Shown here: positions 29,039-39,817 of the stretch, in pieces
How the letters are laid out: each line of letters starts with the position of its first letter
Numbering within the stretch: position 1 is the stretch's first letter
DNA from: Candidatus Latescibacterota bacterium
GTDB taxonomy: Bacteria > Latescibacterota > UBA2968
Length of the DNA: 64,000 bases
Direction of reading: 5' to 3'
Assembly (NCBI GenBank): GCA_038279365.1
Contig: JAYODI010000008.1
Coordinates: 61,425-125,424, forward strand
Program-made: the position numbers and the translations under genes
Notes under the pieces: model-generated
The model's database searches: none
What the model saw: only the letters and a program-made list of their open reading frames with translations
Told to the model about the DNA's origin: nothing

Positions 29039-30328
29039 ATGGATACCATAGACAATCGCCCCCCAAAAAGCATTTTAATCGTCGATCAAGAGCGATTTTC
29101 CACGCTTATTGCCAAGATGTTATCAGGCAAATTTGCCACCCAAACGGCCACGAATGGAATAGATGCCATTCAATGGCTCAAAAAAAGTCGCCCAGATCTG
29201 CTCATTATTGAAGAAAGCATTCCGGGAGATGGCATTCGCTTTTGTGAAATAATGGGCATGAGCCCAAGCTTTTCAAAACTACCCATTATTCTCTTATCTG
29301 TCTCTCCATCTTCTGATGGCATTTTACGGGCACGTGCAGCAGGTGTAAACACCTATTTGGCCAAACCATTTCGACCCAGTGAATTGCAAAATAGAATTGA
29401 TGCCATCTTCGAAGCCATCCCGCCATCCCAAGAAGCCCCTCAACAGCCAAACGAAATATCAGGTGAAAACAGAGCAGAAATGATCAAAGACCGGCTCAAG
29501 CAAATTGAAGGCTTGCCCCCCTTTCCTGCCACCCATGCCCAAATTTTAGAACTTGCAAACAGTGATATCTCATCAAGTGATGAAATTGCCGAACAGCTGC
29601 AAATGGACCCAAGCCTCTTGGCCACAGTTTTTAAGCTGGTCAATTCTCCAGCATATGGGTTTCCCAAAAAGGTCGATTCCCTCAAATTGGCCGTTACCTT
29701 ATTGGGCTTAGAAGAAATTGCAAACCTTGTTATGACGGCTCAAGTTTTCAAAAACTTAGGTGATTACAACGGTGGATCAGGATTTGATCGGGCCGGTTTT
29801 TGGAAACATTCTGTTGGCACAGCCTTTATTACCAAAGCCATATCCAAAAAATTGCAAACCGAGGTTGAATCTGCTTTTTTGGCAGGCATGTTACACGACC
29901 TGGGCAAAGTGGTCTTAGATCGGTGTTTTACAGATTATTACAAAGCCGTGATTGACCTAAGTAAAGAAAAACAACTTTGGATTGGTGATGCCGAAAACAA
30001 ACTCTTGAGCCTCACCCACGCCGAAGTGGGTGGACAACTGGCAACCGAGTGGAAATTTGCCGAGAAGTACTTATACAGCATTTTATATCACCATGATCCC
30101 GAAGCCACAATCCGATATCAGCGCCTCACAAGCCTTGTTCATATTGCAGACCATTTGTGCCGAAAATTTGGCTATGGTTCGGGGGGAGACGAACAGGTGC
30201 CCGAACTTCACCTTGCCGTATTGGACCGTTTTGCTTTGGGCGAACGCGGGTTGGCCATTCTTGAAGAACTGGCCAAAAAAGAATTGGACAATGCCAGTTC
30301 GTTCCTATCGGCATTGTCATCCGGTTAA
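29039..30328 (+). CDS. REC-HDOD domain signalling protein
   Basis: N-terminal receiver fold; LPPFP, DPSL, LVNS..YG, FWKHS, GMLHDLGK, HAEVG, YHH. Confidence 0.88.
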   Translation: MDTIDNRPPKSILIVDQERFSTLIAKMLSGKFATQTATNGIDAIQWLKKSRPDLLIIEESIPGDGIRFCEIMGMSPSFSKLPIILLSVSPSSDGILRARAAGVNTYLAKPFRPSELQNRIDAIFEAIPPSQEAPQQPNEISGENRAEMIKDRLKQIEGLPPFPATHAQILELANSDISSSDEIAEQLQMDPSLLATVFKLVNSPAYGFPKKVDSLKLAVTLLGLEEIANLVMTAQVFKNLGDYNGGSGFDRAGFWKHSVGTAFITKAISKKLQTEVESAFLAGMLHDLGKVVLDRCFTDYYKAVIDLSKEKQLWIGDAENKLLSLTHAEVGGQLATEWKFAEKYLYSILYHHDPEATIRYQRLTSLVHIADHLCRKFGYGSGGDEQVPELHLAVLDRFALGERGLAILEELAKKELDNASSFLSALSSG

Positions 30329-30356
30329 ATGATCGCGATCACCCAATCATTGGCAC

Positions 30357-30388
30357 AAAAACCTCGGTGTTTTCCGAGGTTTTTTTTT
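30357..30388 (+). terminator. Intrinsic terminator
   Basis: AAAAACCTCGG / CCGAGGTTTTT followed by a T run. Confidence 0.85.
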
Positions 30389-30543
30389 AACATTGAGATG
30401 CCCTCATGCCTGTACAAAAACCTTGCCAACCTGCATGTTGACCACGCCCCCCTTATAACCACTTGTTTTTCATTTGGTCAGAGCAAGAAGTCACTCTATA
30501 TTTCATATGGTCATAGCTTCACACAAAAAAAGGAGTCACTATC

Positions 30544-31536
30544 ATGTCTGCCCCACTACGCATTGTTCAAATTGGCTTGGGCCCCCTCGGTCAAATGTTA
30601 ACCCCATTTATTTTAGAACGCAGTTCTCTAAAACTCACAGGTGCAGTCGATGTCAATCCCAACATAGTGGGCACCGATTTGGGCACACACAACAATCAAA
30701 GCCCCATTGGCATCACCATTACAGACGACTTGAATACCGCCTTAAATGATGCCGATGTGGCCGTGGTGACCACCGTTTCAGAATTTGAACGCCTGGCCCC
30801 CTTACTCGAAAAAATTTGTGCCAAAGGGGTGCATGTGGTTTCAACCTGCGAAGAGCTTTCTTATCCGTGGAAAACATTGCCCGAATTATCTCAAAAAATA
30901 GATACCCTCGCCAAAGAAAACAAAGTATCCATTCTCGGTACCGGCATCAACCCTGGTTTTTTGATGGATTTTTTACCCACCGCCATCACAGGCGTGTGTC
31001 GCAAAGTAGATAGCCTGCACGTCTATCGCATTCAAGATGCCTCCTTTCGTCGGTTGCCCTTTCGCCAAAAAATTGGTGCCGGCCTAACCGTAGAAGAATT
31101 TAAACAACGCGTTGCAACCCAAAAAATTCGGCATGTAGGTCTCACCGAATCCATGCACATGATTGCATCGCGATTGGGGTGGTCTTTAGACCGCACAGAA
31201 GACATTGTAGAACCCATAATCACCGAAACAGAAGTGCGCGGAGATGGATGGCAAGTAGCCCCAGGATATGCAACAGGCGTTCATCAAATGGGCTATGGAT
31301 ATGTGGGTGACAAAAAAATCATCACCCTCGAATTTTGTGCCGCAGTTGGCCAAGCCAACCCACAAGAACGGGTTCACGTTTACGGGTCACCCGAATTTGA
31401 TCTCACCATACCCGGTGGCATCAATGGTGATACCGCAACCTGCTCGGTCATCACCAATGCCATACCGGTGGTTGCAAATGCAACACCAGGCTTACATACC
31501 ATGGTAGACATTCCACCCATTTCATGCGTGCAATAA
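30544..31536 (+). CDS. DapB-like NAD(P)-dependent dehydrogenase (2,4-diaminopentanoate / amine dehydrogenase family)
   Basis: GLGPLG, VVSTCEEL, GTGINPGF, KIGAG, HVGL.ES, GDTAT. Confidence 0.8.
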   Translation: MSAPLRIVQIGLGPLGQMLTPFILERSSLKLTGAVDVNPNIVGTDLGTHNNQSPIGITITDDLNTALNDADVAVVTTVSEFERLAPLLEKICAKGVHVVSTCEELSYPWKTLPELSQKIDTLAKENKVSILGTGINPGFLMDFLPTAITGVCRKVDSLHVYRIQDASFRRLPFRQKIGAGLTVEEFKQRVATQKIRHVGLTESMHMIASRLGWSLDRTEDIVEPIITETEVRGDGWQVAPGYATGVHQMGYGYVGDKKIITLEFCAAVGQANPQERVHVYGSPEFDLTIPGGINGDTATCSVITNAIPVVANATPGLHTMVDIPPISCVQ

Positions 31537-31609
31537 GCGGCACCTTTACACACATAAATCGCCTTATTTGCATCACCCATTGTGACTGCCACCCAAACCG
31601 ACAAGGCCT

Positions 31610-33805
31610 ATGACACCCACAATTTCACAACAAGATATTGATCGCATTCTTTATGGTGATCATCACGATCCGTTTTCCATTTTGGGTATGCACACCGTGC
31701 GCACCACACAAGGTCAAGGCATCGCCATTCGGGCCTATCGCCCAGGTGCCGAAAAAATCGTTGTCTTATCTGCCCACGCATCCCTTGAGTTGCAACAACA
31801 TCAACAAACAGGCTTTTTTGAAGCCATTGTGCCCAATCAACAAACACATTTTTTGTACCAGCTTGAAATCACTTATCCATTTAGTCACACGCTTACCACC
31901 CCCGATCCATACACCTTTCCCCCCATCTTAAGTGATTACGACCTTCATCTTTTTGGTGAAAGCAACCACCACCACATCTTTGACAAGTTAGGTGCACACC
32001 CCATTACATTTCACGGCATTCAAGGTGTATCTTTTGCCGTGTGGGCACCCAATGCCAAACGCGTAAGTGTAATGGGCGACTTTAATCAATGGAATGGCAG
32101 TCAATATCCCATGCGCAATCGAGGCAACACAGGTGTATGGGAAATATTTATTCCTCACTTAGGGCCACACACGGTTTACAAATACGAAATCAAAACCCAA
32201 TCCAACACCCTCATCACCAAAAGCGACCCTTACGCGTTTTATGCCGAACACCGCCCCAAAACGGCATCCATTGTTTACGACCTCACCAACGAGGGTTGGA
32301 CAGATGAGGCCTGGATCCAAAAACGCGACACCACACCCGCGCACAACCGCCCCATGTCCATTTATGAAGTCCATTTGGGTTCTTGGCGCAGAAATCCCCA
32401 GGAAGGCAACCGGTCACTCACCTATCGCGAGTTGGCCCACGAACTGGTAGATTATGTGCTCGAAATGGGTTATACCCACCTAGAACTCATGCCCATTATG
32501 GAACACCCACTTGATCAATCGTGGGGCTACCAAGTTACAGGGTATTTTGCCCCCACCAGCCGATTTGGCACACCCGATGATTTTAAATACTTCGTTAACC
32601 ACTGCCACAACAACGGCATAGGCGTCATTCTCGACTGGGTTCCCGCACATTACCCAAAAGATACGCATGGGTTGGCTTACTTTGACGGATCGGCCCTCTA
32701 TGAACACGCCGATCCACGCCAAGGTGCACACCCCGACTGGGGCACCCTCATTTTTAATTATGGGCGCAACGAAGTACGCAATTTTCTCATTGCCAACGCC
32801 ATTTTTTGGGCTGAAAAATACCACATTGATGGCCTGCGGGTAGATGCGGTGGCCTCGATGCTCTACCTCGATTATTCTCGCGAAAATGGCGAATGGATTC
32901 CCAACAAATATGGGGGCAGAGAAAACCTCGAGGCCATCGAATTTATGAAACAAGTCAACCAAGTCATTTACAGCCGTTTTCCAGGCATTCTCATGATTGC
33001 CGAAGAATCCACGGCGTGGCCGGGTGTCTCTCGTCCTGTTTATTTGGGCGGATTGGGCTTTGGTTTTAAGTGGAACATGGGTTGGATGAACGACATGCTC
33101 TCATATATCGAAAAAGAGCCCATCCACCGTCGCTACCACCACGACAGCCTCACATTTGGTTTGGTCTATGCTTTTCACGAAAATTTTATCTTGGTGCTTT
33201 CCCACGACGAAGTGGTGCACGGCAAACGTTCTCTTTTAGACAAAATGCCTGGAGACCGTTGGCAAAAATTTGCCAATCTGCGTCTATTTTATACCTACAT
33301 GTATGGCCATCCTGGCAAAAAATTGCTCTTTATGGGCAGTGAGTTTGGTCAATGGACAGAATGGAACGAAAACGACAGTCTTCCGTGGCATTTGCTTGCA
33401 GAACCCGATCATGCGGGCCTCAAACACTTCGTGAAAGACCTGAACACCCTCTACAAAAATGAACCCGCACTCTTTGAGCACGACTTTGATCCCAAAGGAT
33501 TCGAATGGCTCGACTTTGGAGACAGAGACAGCAGTGTCATCTCTTTCCAACGCCGAGCAGAAAACGGGTCCACCCTGCTCTTTATTTGCAATTTTACACC
33601 CGTACCCCGCGAAAATTACCGTATCGGCGTACCATTCCCAGGCCATTATCACGAAATATTGAACAGCGACTCCGAACTCTATGGGGGCAGCAACAAAGGC
33701 AATATGGGGGGCATTACCGCAGAAAAGATCGCCAGTCACGGACACAACTACGCCATAAGCGTCACCATCCCGCCCCTTGCAGCAGTCGTCTTTAAAAAAT
33801 CATAA
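31610..33805 (+). CDS. glgB: 1,4-alpha-glucan branching enzyme
   Basis: [55 protein letters not shown]. Confidence 0.97.
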   Translation: MTPTISQQDIDRILYGDHHDPFSILGMHTVRTTQGQGIAIRAYRPGAEKIVVLSAHASLELQQHQQTGFFEAIVPNQQTHFLYQLEITYPFSHTLTTPDPYTFPPILSDYDLHLFGESNHHHIFDKLGAHPITFHGIQGVSFAVWAPNAKRVSVMGDFNQWNGSQYPMRNRGNTGVWEIFIPHLGPHTVYKYEIKTQSNTLITKSDPYAFYAEHRPKTASIVYDLTNEGWTDEAWIQKRDTTPAHNRPMSIYEVHLGSWRRNPQEGNRSLTYRELAHELVDYVLEMGYTHLELMPIMEHPLDQSWGYQVTGYFAPTSRFGTPDDFKYFVNHCHNNGIGVILDWVPAHYPKDTHGLAYFDGSALYEHADPRQGAHPDWGTLIFNYGRNEVRNFLIANAIFWAEKYHIDGLRVDAVASMLYLDYSRENGEWIPNKYGGRENLEAIEFMKQVNQVIYSRFPGILMIAEESTAWPGVSRPVYLGGLGFGFKWNMGWMNDMLSYIEKEPIHRRYHHDSLTFGLVYAFHENFILVLSHDEVVHGKRSLLDKMPGDRWQKFANLRLFYTYMYGHPGKKLLFMGSEFGQWTEWNENDSLPWHLLAEPDHAGLKHFVKDLNTLYKNEPALFEHDFDPKGFEWLDFGDRDSSVISFQRRAENGSTLLFICNFTPVPRENYRIGVPFPGHYHEILNSDSELYGGSNKGNMGGITAEKIASHGHNYAISVTIPPLAAVVFKKS

Positions 33806-34155
33806 TGTTATTTATGTATCCCCATATCTTATTTTATTACATAGTGTTTTCAAAATTTGCTTCCAAAAACAAATTCTTATCAGTCGTTCATTTTTTATAA
33901 ATCTTATTTTTTCAGTCCATGTTCAAAAATCAGTCTTGCCCAATTTAGCAAATATCCCAAATCAAATATGGGTGGCTTTTTGGGCCTTAAAAAGCGAGCA
34001 ACATACCGCAATATTTACATGCCTCATCCCCGACCATCACCAAACAAGCATACCGAAGACATTTTTTCCGCTCCAGTATGAATTTTTTTCTGTAGATAAA
34101 CTGCTGTTATTCCGATAAATAGTACAGGCCACTCCCAAATACCGGAAAAAAATAC

Positions 34156-34185
34156 TTGACACAACTTGGTATCACTCCGTATACT
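34156..34185 (+). promoter_or_regulatory. Near-consensus sigma70 promoter
   Basis: TTGACA-N18-TATACT upstream of the MerR-REC gene. Confidence 0.65.
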
Positions 34186-34240
34186 TTAGGCACGATAGCT
34201 AACGTAAAGTTTTTAGATGGACCACTCAGGGAGGCCTCCT

Positions 34241-34870
34241 ATGAGCGATACACCCAAACTCATTGGGATCGACGAAGTTGCAGAAGTGTTTGAAAAATCG
34301 GTTGAGTCTATCCGTAAGTACAAGAATTACGGCATCTTAAAGGTTGCAGACAAAGTTGGCAACAAAGACTTATTTGCCCTTGATGACGTGATTGCCAAAA
34401 AGCAATTGGTCAAAGATATGCAGGTCCGTCAGGGCCTCTCACTTTCACAAATTGCCGACCAACTCGAAAGTATGACCGAGAAATTGCCTATTGGTCCAGA
34501 CAAGATTCTCATTGTCGAAGACGAAGAAGCAACAAGAGAAACTTGGACGGAGTTCTTTGAAGGTTCGGGATATGGTGTGCTTCAAGCCGGCGATGGCCAA
34601 ACAGCCTTAGATTTGGCTCGGTCCGAACACCCCAACATCGTCCTTCTCGATTTGAGACTCCCCGTTTTAGACGGTTACCAAGTATGTCAGCGCCTCAAAT
34701 CTGACCCTGCCACATCTCAAATCCCAATTATTATGATCACCGCCTTTTTGACTGGGGCTAATGATACGGTTCGGGGTATTGAATATGGCGCCGATGACTA
34801 TCTCAACAAACCTGTAGATCTCGATGTTTTGGCAGCCCGTGTAAAAATGATTCTCAGACGGGTTCGCTAA
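34241..34870 (+). CDS. Response regulator with N-terminal MerR-like HTH and C-terminal receiver
   Basis: IDEVAE...SIRKY...GIL...GLSLSQI (MerR-like); ILIVEDE, LLDLRLP, ITA, NKP (intact REC); GGAGG RBS. Confidence 0.85.
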   Translation: MSDTPKLIGIDEVAEVFEKSVESIRKYKNYGILKVADKVGNKDLFALDDVIAKKQLVKDMQVRQGLSLSQIADQLESMTEKLPIGPDKILIVEDEEATRETWTEFFEGSGYGVLQAGDGQTALDLARSEHPNIVLLDLRLPVLDGYQVCQRLKSDPATSQIPIIMITAFLTGANDTVRGIEYGADDYLNKPVDLDVLAARVKMILRRVR

Positions 34871-34998
34871 CCCCGCGTTTCACGGACGAAACGTGTTGAT
34901 ATAATCACGGACGAAGGCAACGCTCACAATTCATCCGTCGGTATCACGTGCCACCACCTCTCGACCAGGTGACGGCCATAGAGCAAGGAGCCTCGTCA

Positions 34999-35421
34999 AT
35001 GTTACCTGGCTTTTTAACAACAGCACTCGAAATCATTATCATCCTCGATGTTTGTGGTGCCATCGCCTACTTCACCATTTCAGGCTTGATGCGCATCAAA
35101 GATAAAAAAGACAACACCCCATCTGCATTACCCAATCCCACAGCGGGCATGCCCGCATTGGCCACAGAAGGTTTGGCCATGCCAGCCATATTGCCTGCAC
35201 GCATATCTGCTCATGTTTATCATCCTGTAGCAGCAGAAACTGCCCCCCAAGAGCCACCCCAAAAACAATGGACCGCAGGGCTAAGACAGCGTATCACCAC
35301 GATGACACGCAAATTTACTTATCGCCCCACAAACGGTGGCCAAGCCGTACAAACCCAATCGCTCGACACCGACTATGCCAAATTAGGCCGTGTTCTGGAT
35401 AGCTTTAAAGAAGAAACCTAA
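34999..35421 (+). CDS. Hypothetical protein with N-terminal TM helix and Pro-rich tail
   Basis: AAGGAG RBS; hydrophobic N-terminus; lies between two regulator genes on the same strand. Confidence 0.65.
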   Translation: MLPGFLTTALEIIIILDVCGAIAYFTISGLMRIKDKKDNTPSALPNPTAGMPALATEGLAMPAILPARISAHVYHPVAAETAPQEPPQKQWTAGLRQRITTMTRKFTYRPTNGGQAVQTQSLDTDYAKLGRVLDSFKEET

Positions 35422-35489
35422 AAACCATTGAGTATATAAAAACGTTGGGGGTCATTTTTCCGGCTCTTGGCGTAACCAAGGAGTGGCAG

Positions 35490-36431
35490 ATGCAGGGGAA
35501 AATACTGGTTGTTCACCGCAATGAATTAATCCTCGACGTAATTCGTGAAATGTTACAAGATCTTGGCTATGTGGTTACCCAAGCCAAAGACGGTCACAGA
35601 GCATTGGGCAAAGCCCTTTCGGCTCACTATCACCTCATCATTGTCAATCATGCGCTCAATGGCAGTCTCAGCGGCAGTCAACTGGTTGAACGCATGAAAA
35701 AATATGGCGTGCAAACACCCATCATCGGCACCGCCCCCGATGCCGATTGGGCAACACCCTTGGGCTTTGCAGATGGCACAGTCGATTACCTCTTGCCATC
35801 GCCTTTTGATTATGCCGAACTCATTAAAGCTGTGGAAGCATTGTCACAAAGACGCAAAACCGATGCGGCCAAAGACATGCCCATAGAATCTTTTGAAGAT
35901 GATCCATTTGCCAGTCCTACACTACCCGATTTGCCTGCATTAGATGCAGAATCCGATTTGCTCGAAAACCTTACCGATGCCATGTCTGCCCTTCCGCCTG
36001 AAGAATCTTCTTTTTCCCCACCCATGGCATCTGAATCACCCATCGAACTGCCAGAATCATTGGCACTTCACAGCAAGCCACAAATTTTGCTGGTTGAAAC
36101 AGACGCCACCTTAACCACAAACCTAAAAAATCACTTGCAAAATGAAGGATTTGAGGTTTCCGTTTTTCACAATGGGCGCGAGGCATACGAAGCCACTTTG
36201 TTTAACAATTTTGATTTTATTTTAACCGACCTCTGGCTACCCGGTTTAGATGGTTTTGATATGATTGATGCCCTGCGCAAAAGTGGTGTCGATGCCCCCA
36301 TTGCCATTCTCACTGGCCACATTACCCGTGAAATGGTTCAAGAGCTGATTGCATTTCGCATTTGTCGTATTTTGCTCAAACCCACACAACCCGCAGACAT
36401 TATATCCTTGGTACACGCAAAAGCTTGTTAA
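35490..36431 (+). CDS. Tandem receiver-domain protein with acidic Pro-rich linker
   Basis: Degenerate REC1 (VVHRN, IIVNH, no Lys); REC2 with LTDLWLP, LTG, LKP; AAGGAG RBS. Confidence 0.82.
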   Translation: MQGKILVVHRNELILDVIREMLQDLGYVVTQAKDGHRALGKALSAHYHLIIVNHALNGSLSGSQLVERMKKYGVQTPIIGTAPDADWATPLGFADGTVDYLLPSPFDYAELIKAVEALSQRRKTDAAKDMPIESFEDDPFASPTLPDLPALDAESDLLENLTDAMSALPPEESSFSPPMASESPIELPESLALHSKPQILLVETDATLTTNLKNHLQNEGFEVSVFHNGREAYEATLFNNFDFILTDLWLPGLDGFDMIDALRKSGVDAPIAILTGHITREMVQELIAFRICRILLKPTQPADIISLVHAKAC

Positions 36432-36450
36432 ACAATCAAAAAAATCCAAG

Positions 36451-36485
36451 AAATCCCCATTCCGAATTGGAGTGGGGATTTTTTT
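36451..36485 (+). terminator. Intrinsic terminator
   Basis: AAATCCCCATTCC / GGAGTGGGGATTT followed by a T run. Confidence 0.82.
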
Positions 36486-36582
36486 ATGCCTGAGCCAAAT
36501 AAAAACACTTGAGATTTGCGTCTAAATGTTTATATATAACACACATAATCCTTAATACCCATCTTTTGCAAAAGACACCCAA

Positions 36583-37659
36583 ATGCCTTATCCAACCGAC
36601 CATCCCAATGTTATTTTACTGGCCGAATTGCTATCGATTCCATCGCCCTCAGGCCGAGAAGAACGCATGGCAAACTTTATCAGCCAATATATTTCCAATT
36701 TGGGCTTTCAGGCCCAACAAGATCCCCAAGGAAATGTGTGGGTTGAAATTCAAGGCCAAGACCCCACCCAAGGCAAAATCGCCCTGGCCAGTCATATGGA
36801 TGAACTGGCAATGGTCATTACCAACATCTGTCCAGATGGCACCCTCACCGTTCGGCCAAGCGGGGGCCTACATCCTTGGAAACTCGGTGAATGCCCCGTC
36901 GAAATTGTATGTGATGGCCCCCATACCATCGGTGCACATCTTTGTTTTGGCTCCACCCATACCACAGACCCCAGTGACCCCATTACACAGTTTGCAACAG
37001 GGGCACGTGGCATCACGTGGCCCAACACATATCTCATCACGGGTCGCACACCAGCCCAACTCATAGAAGCCGGTGTTCGTGTCGGCTCTACAGCCGTTCC
37101 CACGGCAAGCATGCGAGGGCCTCATCTTTTTGGTCCAGAAGAAGACCCATTGATCTCTGCCTGGATACTCGACAACAGAGGCGGCACCCTCACCTTACTC
37201 AAATTGCTCGAACAAATCTCACAAACCGACCTCAGCCCCAAACAAACAACCTGTCTGTGTTTTATGGTGCAAGAAGAAACCGGGCTCATTGGCGCGCGCG
37301 GGTGGGCGGCGCGCAATCCTGTCGAAATTTTTATCGCCGTCGACTCTTCCCCCATGCCACGCAACCAAACCCTCACCCTCGACGGCAGGCCGGCCATTTG
37401 GTCAAAAGACAGCACCATGCACTTTGACCAATGGCTCATACAAGATTTGGCAAAAGCCGCACAACAAGCTGGCACAGACCTGCAATATGCCGTTTATGAC
37501 CGGGCAGCCTCAGATGCTTCTGGTGTTTTAGATGCAGGCCATGCACCACGTGGGGCCACCATTGGTTATCCACGCGAAAATTCTCACGGTTACGAAATTG
37601 CACGCCTTAGCGTTTTTGACAATCTCATCAAAACCCTTTTTAAATATCTCGCCAATTGA
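36583..37659 (+). CDS. M42-family metallopeptidase
   Basis: SPSGRE, SHMDE, LDNRGG, QEETG, AVD, SDA, NSH..E. Confidence 0.85.
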   Translation: MPYPTDHPNVILLAELLSIPSPSGREERMANFISQYISNLGFQAQQDPQGNVWVEIQGQDPTQGKIALASHMDELAMVITNICPDGTLTVRPSGGLHPWKLGECPVEIVCDGPHTIGAHLCFGSTHTTDPSDPITQFATGARGITWPNTYLITGRTPAQLIEAGVRVGSTAVPTASMRGPHLFGPEEDPLISAWILDNRGGTLTLLKLLEQISQTDLSPKQTTCLCFMVQEETGLIGARGWAARNPVEIFIAVDSSPMPRNQTLTLDGRPAIWSKDSTMHFDQWLIQDLAKAAQQAGTDLQYAVYDRAASDASGVLDAGHAPRGATIGYPRENSHGYEIARLSVFDNLIKTLFKYLAN

Positions 37660-37673
37660 TATTGGACAAACAT

Positions 37674-39764
37674 ATGCGCTACTCTCTCTTCATTTTAGGC
37701 TTTATCATGAGCTGCGTCACCCACACGATTGCAGCCCCAGACAATGTCACCATCTATCGCGATGCCTGGGGTGTTCCACACATTTATGGTGATACCGAAG
37801 AAGCCGCAGCCTATGGCCACGGATATGCCCAAGCTGAAGACCGTTTAGACGACATTCTCATGCTCTATACTGTCGTTCAAGGCAAAGCTGCACGTGCTTT
37901 TGGCCCCGATTGGGTTCAAAAAGACTATGAAGCCACCTTGGCACGTCACATCCAACTTGCACGTGAACAATACCCTACGTTATCACCACGCATGAGACGT
38001 ATAATAGAATTTTATACCCGAGGTCTTCTCGATTTTATTAAAGACAACCCAGGATCAAAACCCGATTGGGCCCCCATCCCTAAGCCCTATCACGTTGTGG
38101 CTCTCTATCGCGCATTTATTTGGGATTGGCCCTGGGGGCAAGCCCGTGGCGATCTCCAACGCACAGGCTCCCACGTGTCTGACGGACGCGGGTCAAACCA
38201 ATGGGCGATCAGCCCAAGTCGTTCTGCAGAAGGCGGAGCCATCGCATTAATCGACCCCCACTTGTCGTGGACACCTGCCAATCGTTTTTACGAATCTCAT
38301 TTTCATGGTGGTGCCATCAATTTTTATGGTTTTTCAATCGTAGGTACCCCCCTTATGGTTTTGGGACACACCAACATCTTTTCTATTTCCGCTACGACAG
38401 GTGGCCCCGATTGTGCAGACATTTATGAAGAAAGGCTCAATAAAACCAATCCCTCTCAATACCAGTATGACGGTGCTTGGTTGAATATTCAAAAAGAAGA
38501 AGTTGAAATTGAAGTGCTTACCCAAAAAGGGATTGTGAAACAAACCCACACCATAGAACGCACACACCACGGCCCCATTATCAAGCGCTTAGAAGACCGC
38601 GCATTTGTGGTCAAGACCGCCTACGACTCAGAAATAGGCTTTGCCGATCAACTGCTCAACATCTTATTGTCGCAAAACATTGGCGATTTTTTAAATGCCC
38701 TATCGGCCAATCAACTCCTGCCCCAAAACATCATGTATGCAGACATTTACGGCAACACCTACTATTTGAGAGCCGGACGTGTGCCAATGAGATCTCTCGA
38801 TTATGTGTGGGATCAACCAGTTCCGGGTTGGACATCCAAAACAGAATGGAAAGGCATTCACCCCATTTCCGATCTCGTTCAAATAATCAACCCAGGTGTG
38901 GGGTATATGCAAAACTGCAACATCTCTCCTGGTACAATGATGCCCAACAGCCCACTCCAACCCAATCACTACCCCGCCTATATTTATAACGACGAAGCAA
39001 ATCGCACCAATACCCGTGGACGTCGGGCACTGCAAATGCTCGACGCAGATGACAGTGTCACCTTAGATGAAGCACAAAAAATAGCGTTAGACACCTATGT
39101 CATTGACAGCGACAAATGGCAAGCAGCACTCACCCAAGCATTTGAAGAACATGCCACAGCATTTACGCACCTGCAAGAAGCAGTCAATATCATTACACAA
39201 TGGAATGGTCGCATGGACACAGATTCTCAAGGTGCAACCCTCTTCCGGTTTTGGATACGTGCCTGCCGCGACAAAAATGCCTCCGTCCCGTTTTCACACA
39301 TTCAAGAAGGCCAACCTCTTGGCGGGGGAGCACATCGAAATTTGCTCAAAGCCCTCGAAGCAGCCACCGAAAACCTTAAAAAACTGGCTGGCAAAATCGA
39401 TATTCCTTGGGGCAACTTGCACCGTGGCACACGGGGTGACCAATCGTGGCCCATTGGCGGTTTGTCTGCCGATGGCATCACCACATTGCGTACCGTTAAC
39501 AGCTTTGCCCCAAACGAAAAAGGTATCTCTTATGCCAAAGGCGGGCAATTTTGTACCACTGTGATATTGCTCAAACCAGATGGCATCATCTCATATAGTG
39601 CCACACCCTTTGGCCAAAGCAACCACCCCAACTCGGCTCACTACACAGACCAAGGTCAATTGCTATACAGCAAGGGGCGGCTCAAACCCACTTGGTATGG
39701 CTCAATCGAAAAATTGACCCGCATCGAAAACAAACGCACATTAAAGACACCCAACGCCCCTTAA
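37674..39764 (+). CDS. Penicillin/AHL acylase family Ntn-hydrolase, secreted
   Basis: Signal peptide; IYRDAWGVPHIY, GYAQAEDR, G|SNQWA nucleophile site, GQS..P.S.HY.DQ. Confidence 0.9.
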   Translation: MRYSLFILGFIMSCVTHTIAAPDNVTIYRDAWGVPHIYGDTEEAAAYGHGYAQAEDRLDDILMLYTVVQGKAARAFGPDWVQKDYEATLARHIQLAREQYPTLSPRMRRIIEFYTRGLLDFIKDNPGSKPDWAPIPKPYHVVALYRAFIWDWPWGQARGDLQRTGSHVSDGRGSNQWAISPSRSAEGGAIALIDPHLSWTPANRFYESHFHGGAINFYGFSIVGTPLMVLGHTNIFSISATTGGPDCADIYEERLNKTNPSQYQYDGAWLNIQKEEVEIEVLTQKGIVKQTHTIERTHHGPIIKRLEDRAFVVKTAYDSEIGFADQLLNILLSQNIGDFLNALSANQLLPQNIMYADIYGNTYYLRAGRVPMRSLDYVWDQPVPGWTSKTEWKGIHPISDLVQIINPGVGYMQNCNISPGTMMPNSPLQPNHYPAYIYNDEANRTNTRGRRALQMLDADDSVTLDEAQKIALDTYVIDSDKWQAALTQAFEEHATAFTHLQEAVNIITQWNGRMDTDSQGATLFRFWIRACRDKNASVPFSHIQEGQPLGGGAHRNLLKALEAATENLKKLAGKIDIPWGNLHRGTRGDQSWPIGGLSADGITTLRTVNSFAPNEKGISYAKGGQFCTTVILLKPDGIISYSATPFGQSNHPNSAHYTDQGQLLYSKGRLKPTWYGSIEKLTRIENKRTLKTPNAP

Positions 39765-39817
39765 GTGCGTCTCATTGCCACCTCTCGCTTCTAAACAACC
39801 CGTTTGAAAGTGCATTT

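Noticed and set aside
33806..34155. Short repeats (TCAGTC x3, ATACCG x3) in the glgB-regulator spacer
   Set aside because: Six-mers with irregular spacing, within chance expectation
34156..34185. Classical MerR-type long-spacer promoter
   Set aside because: Spacer is 18 bp rather than 19-20 and has no clear dyad
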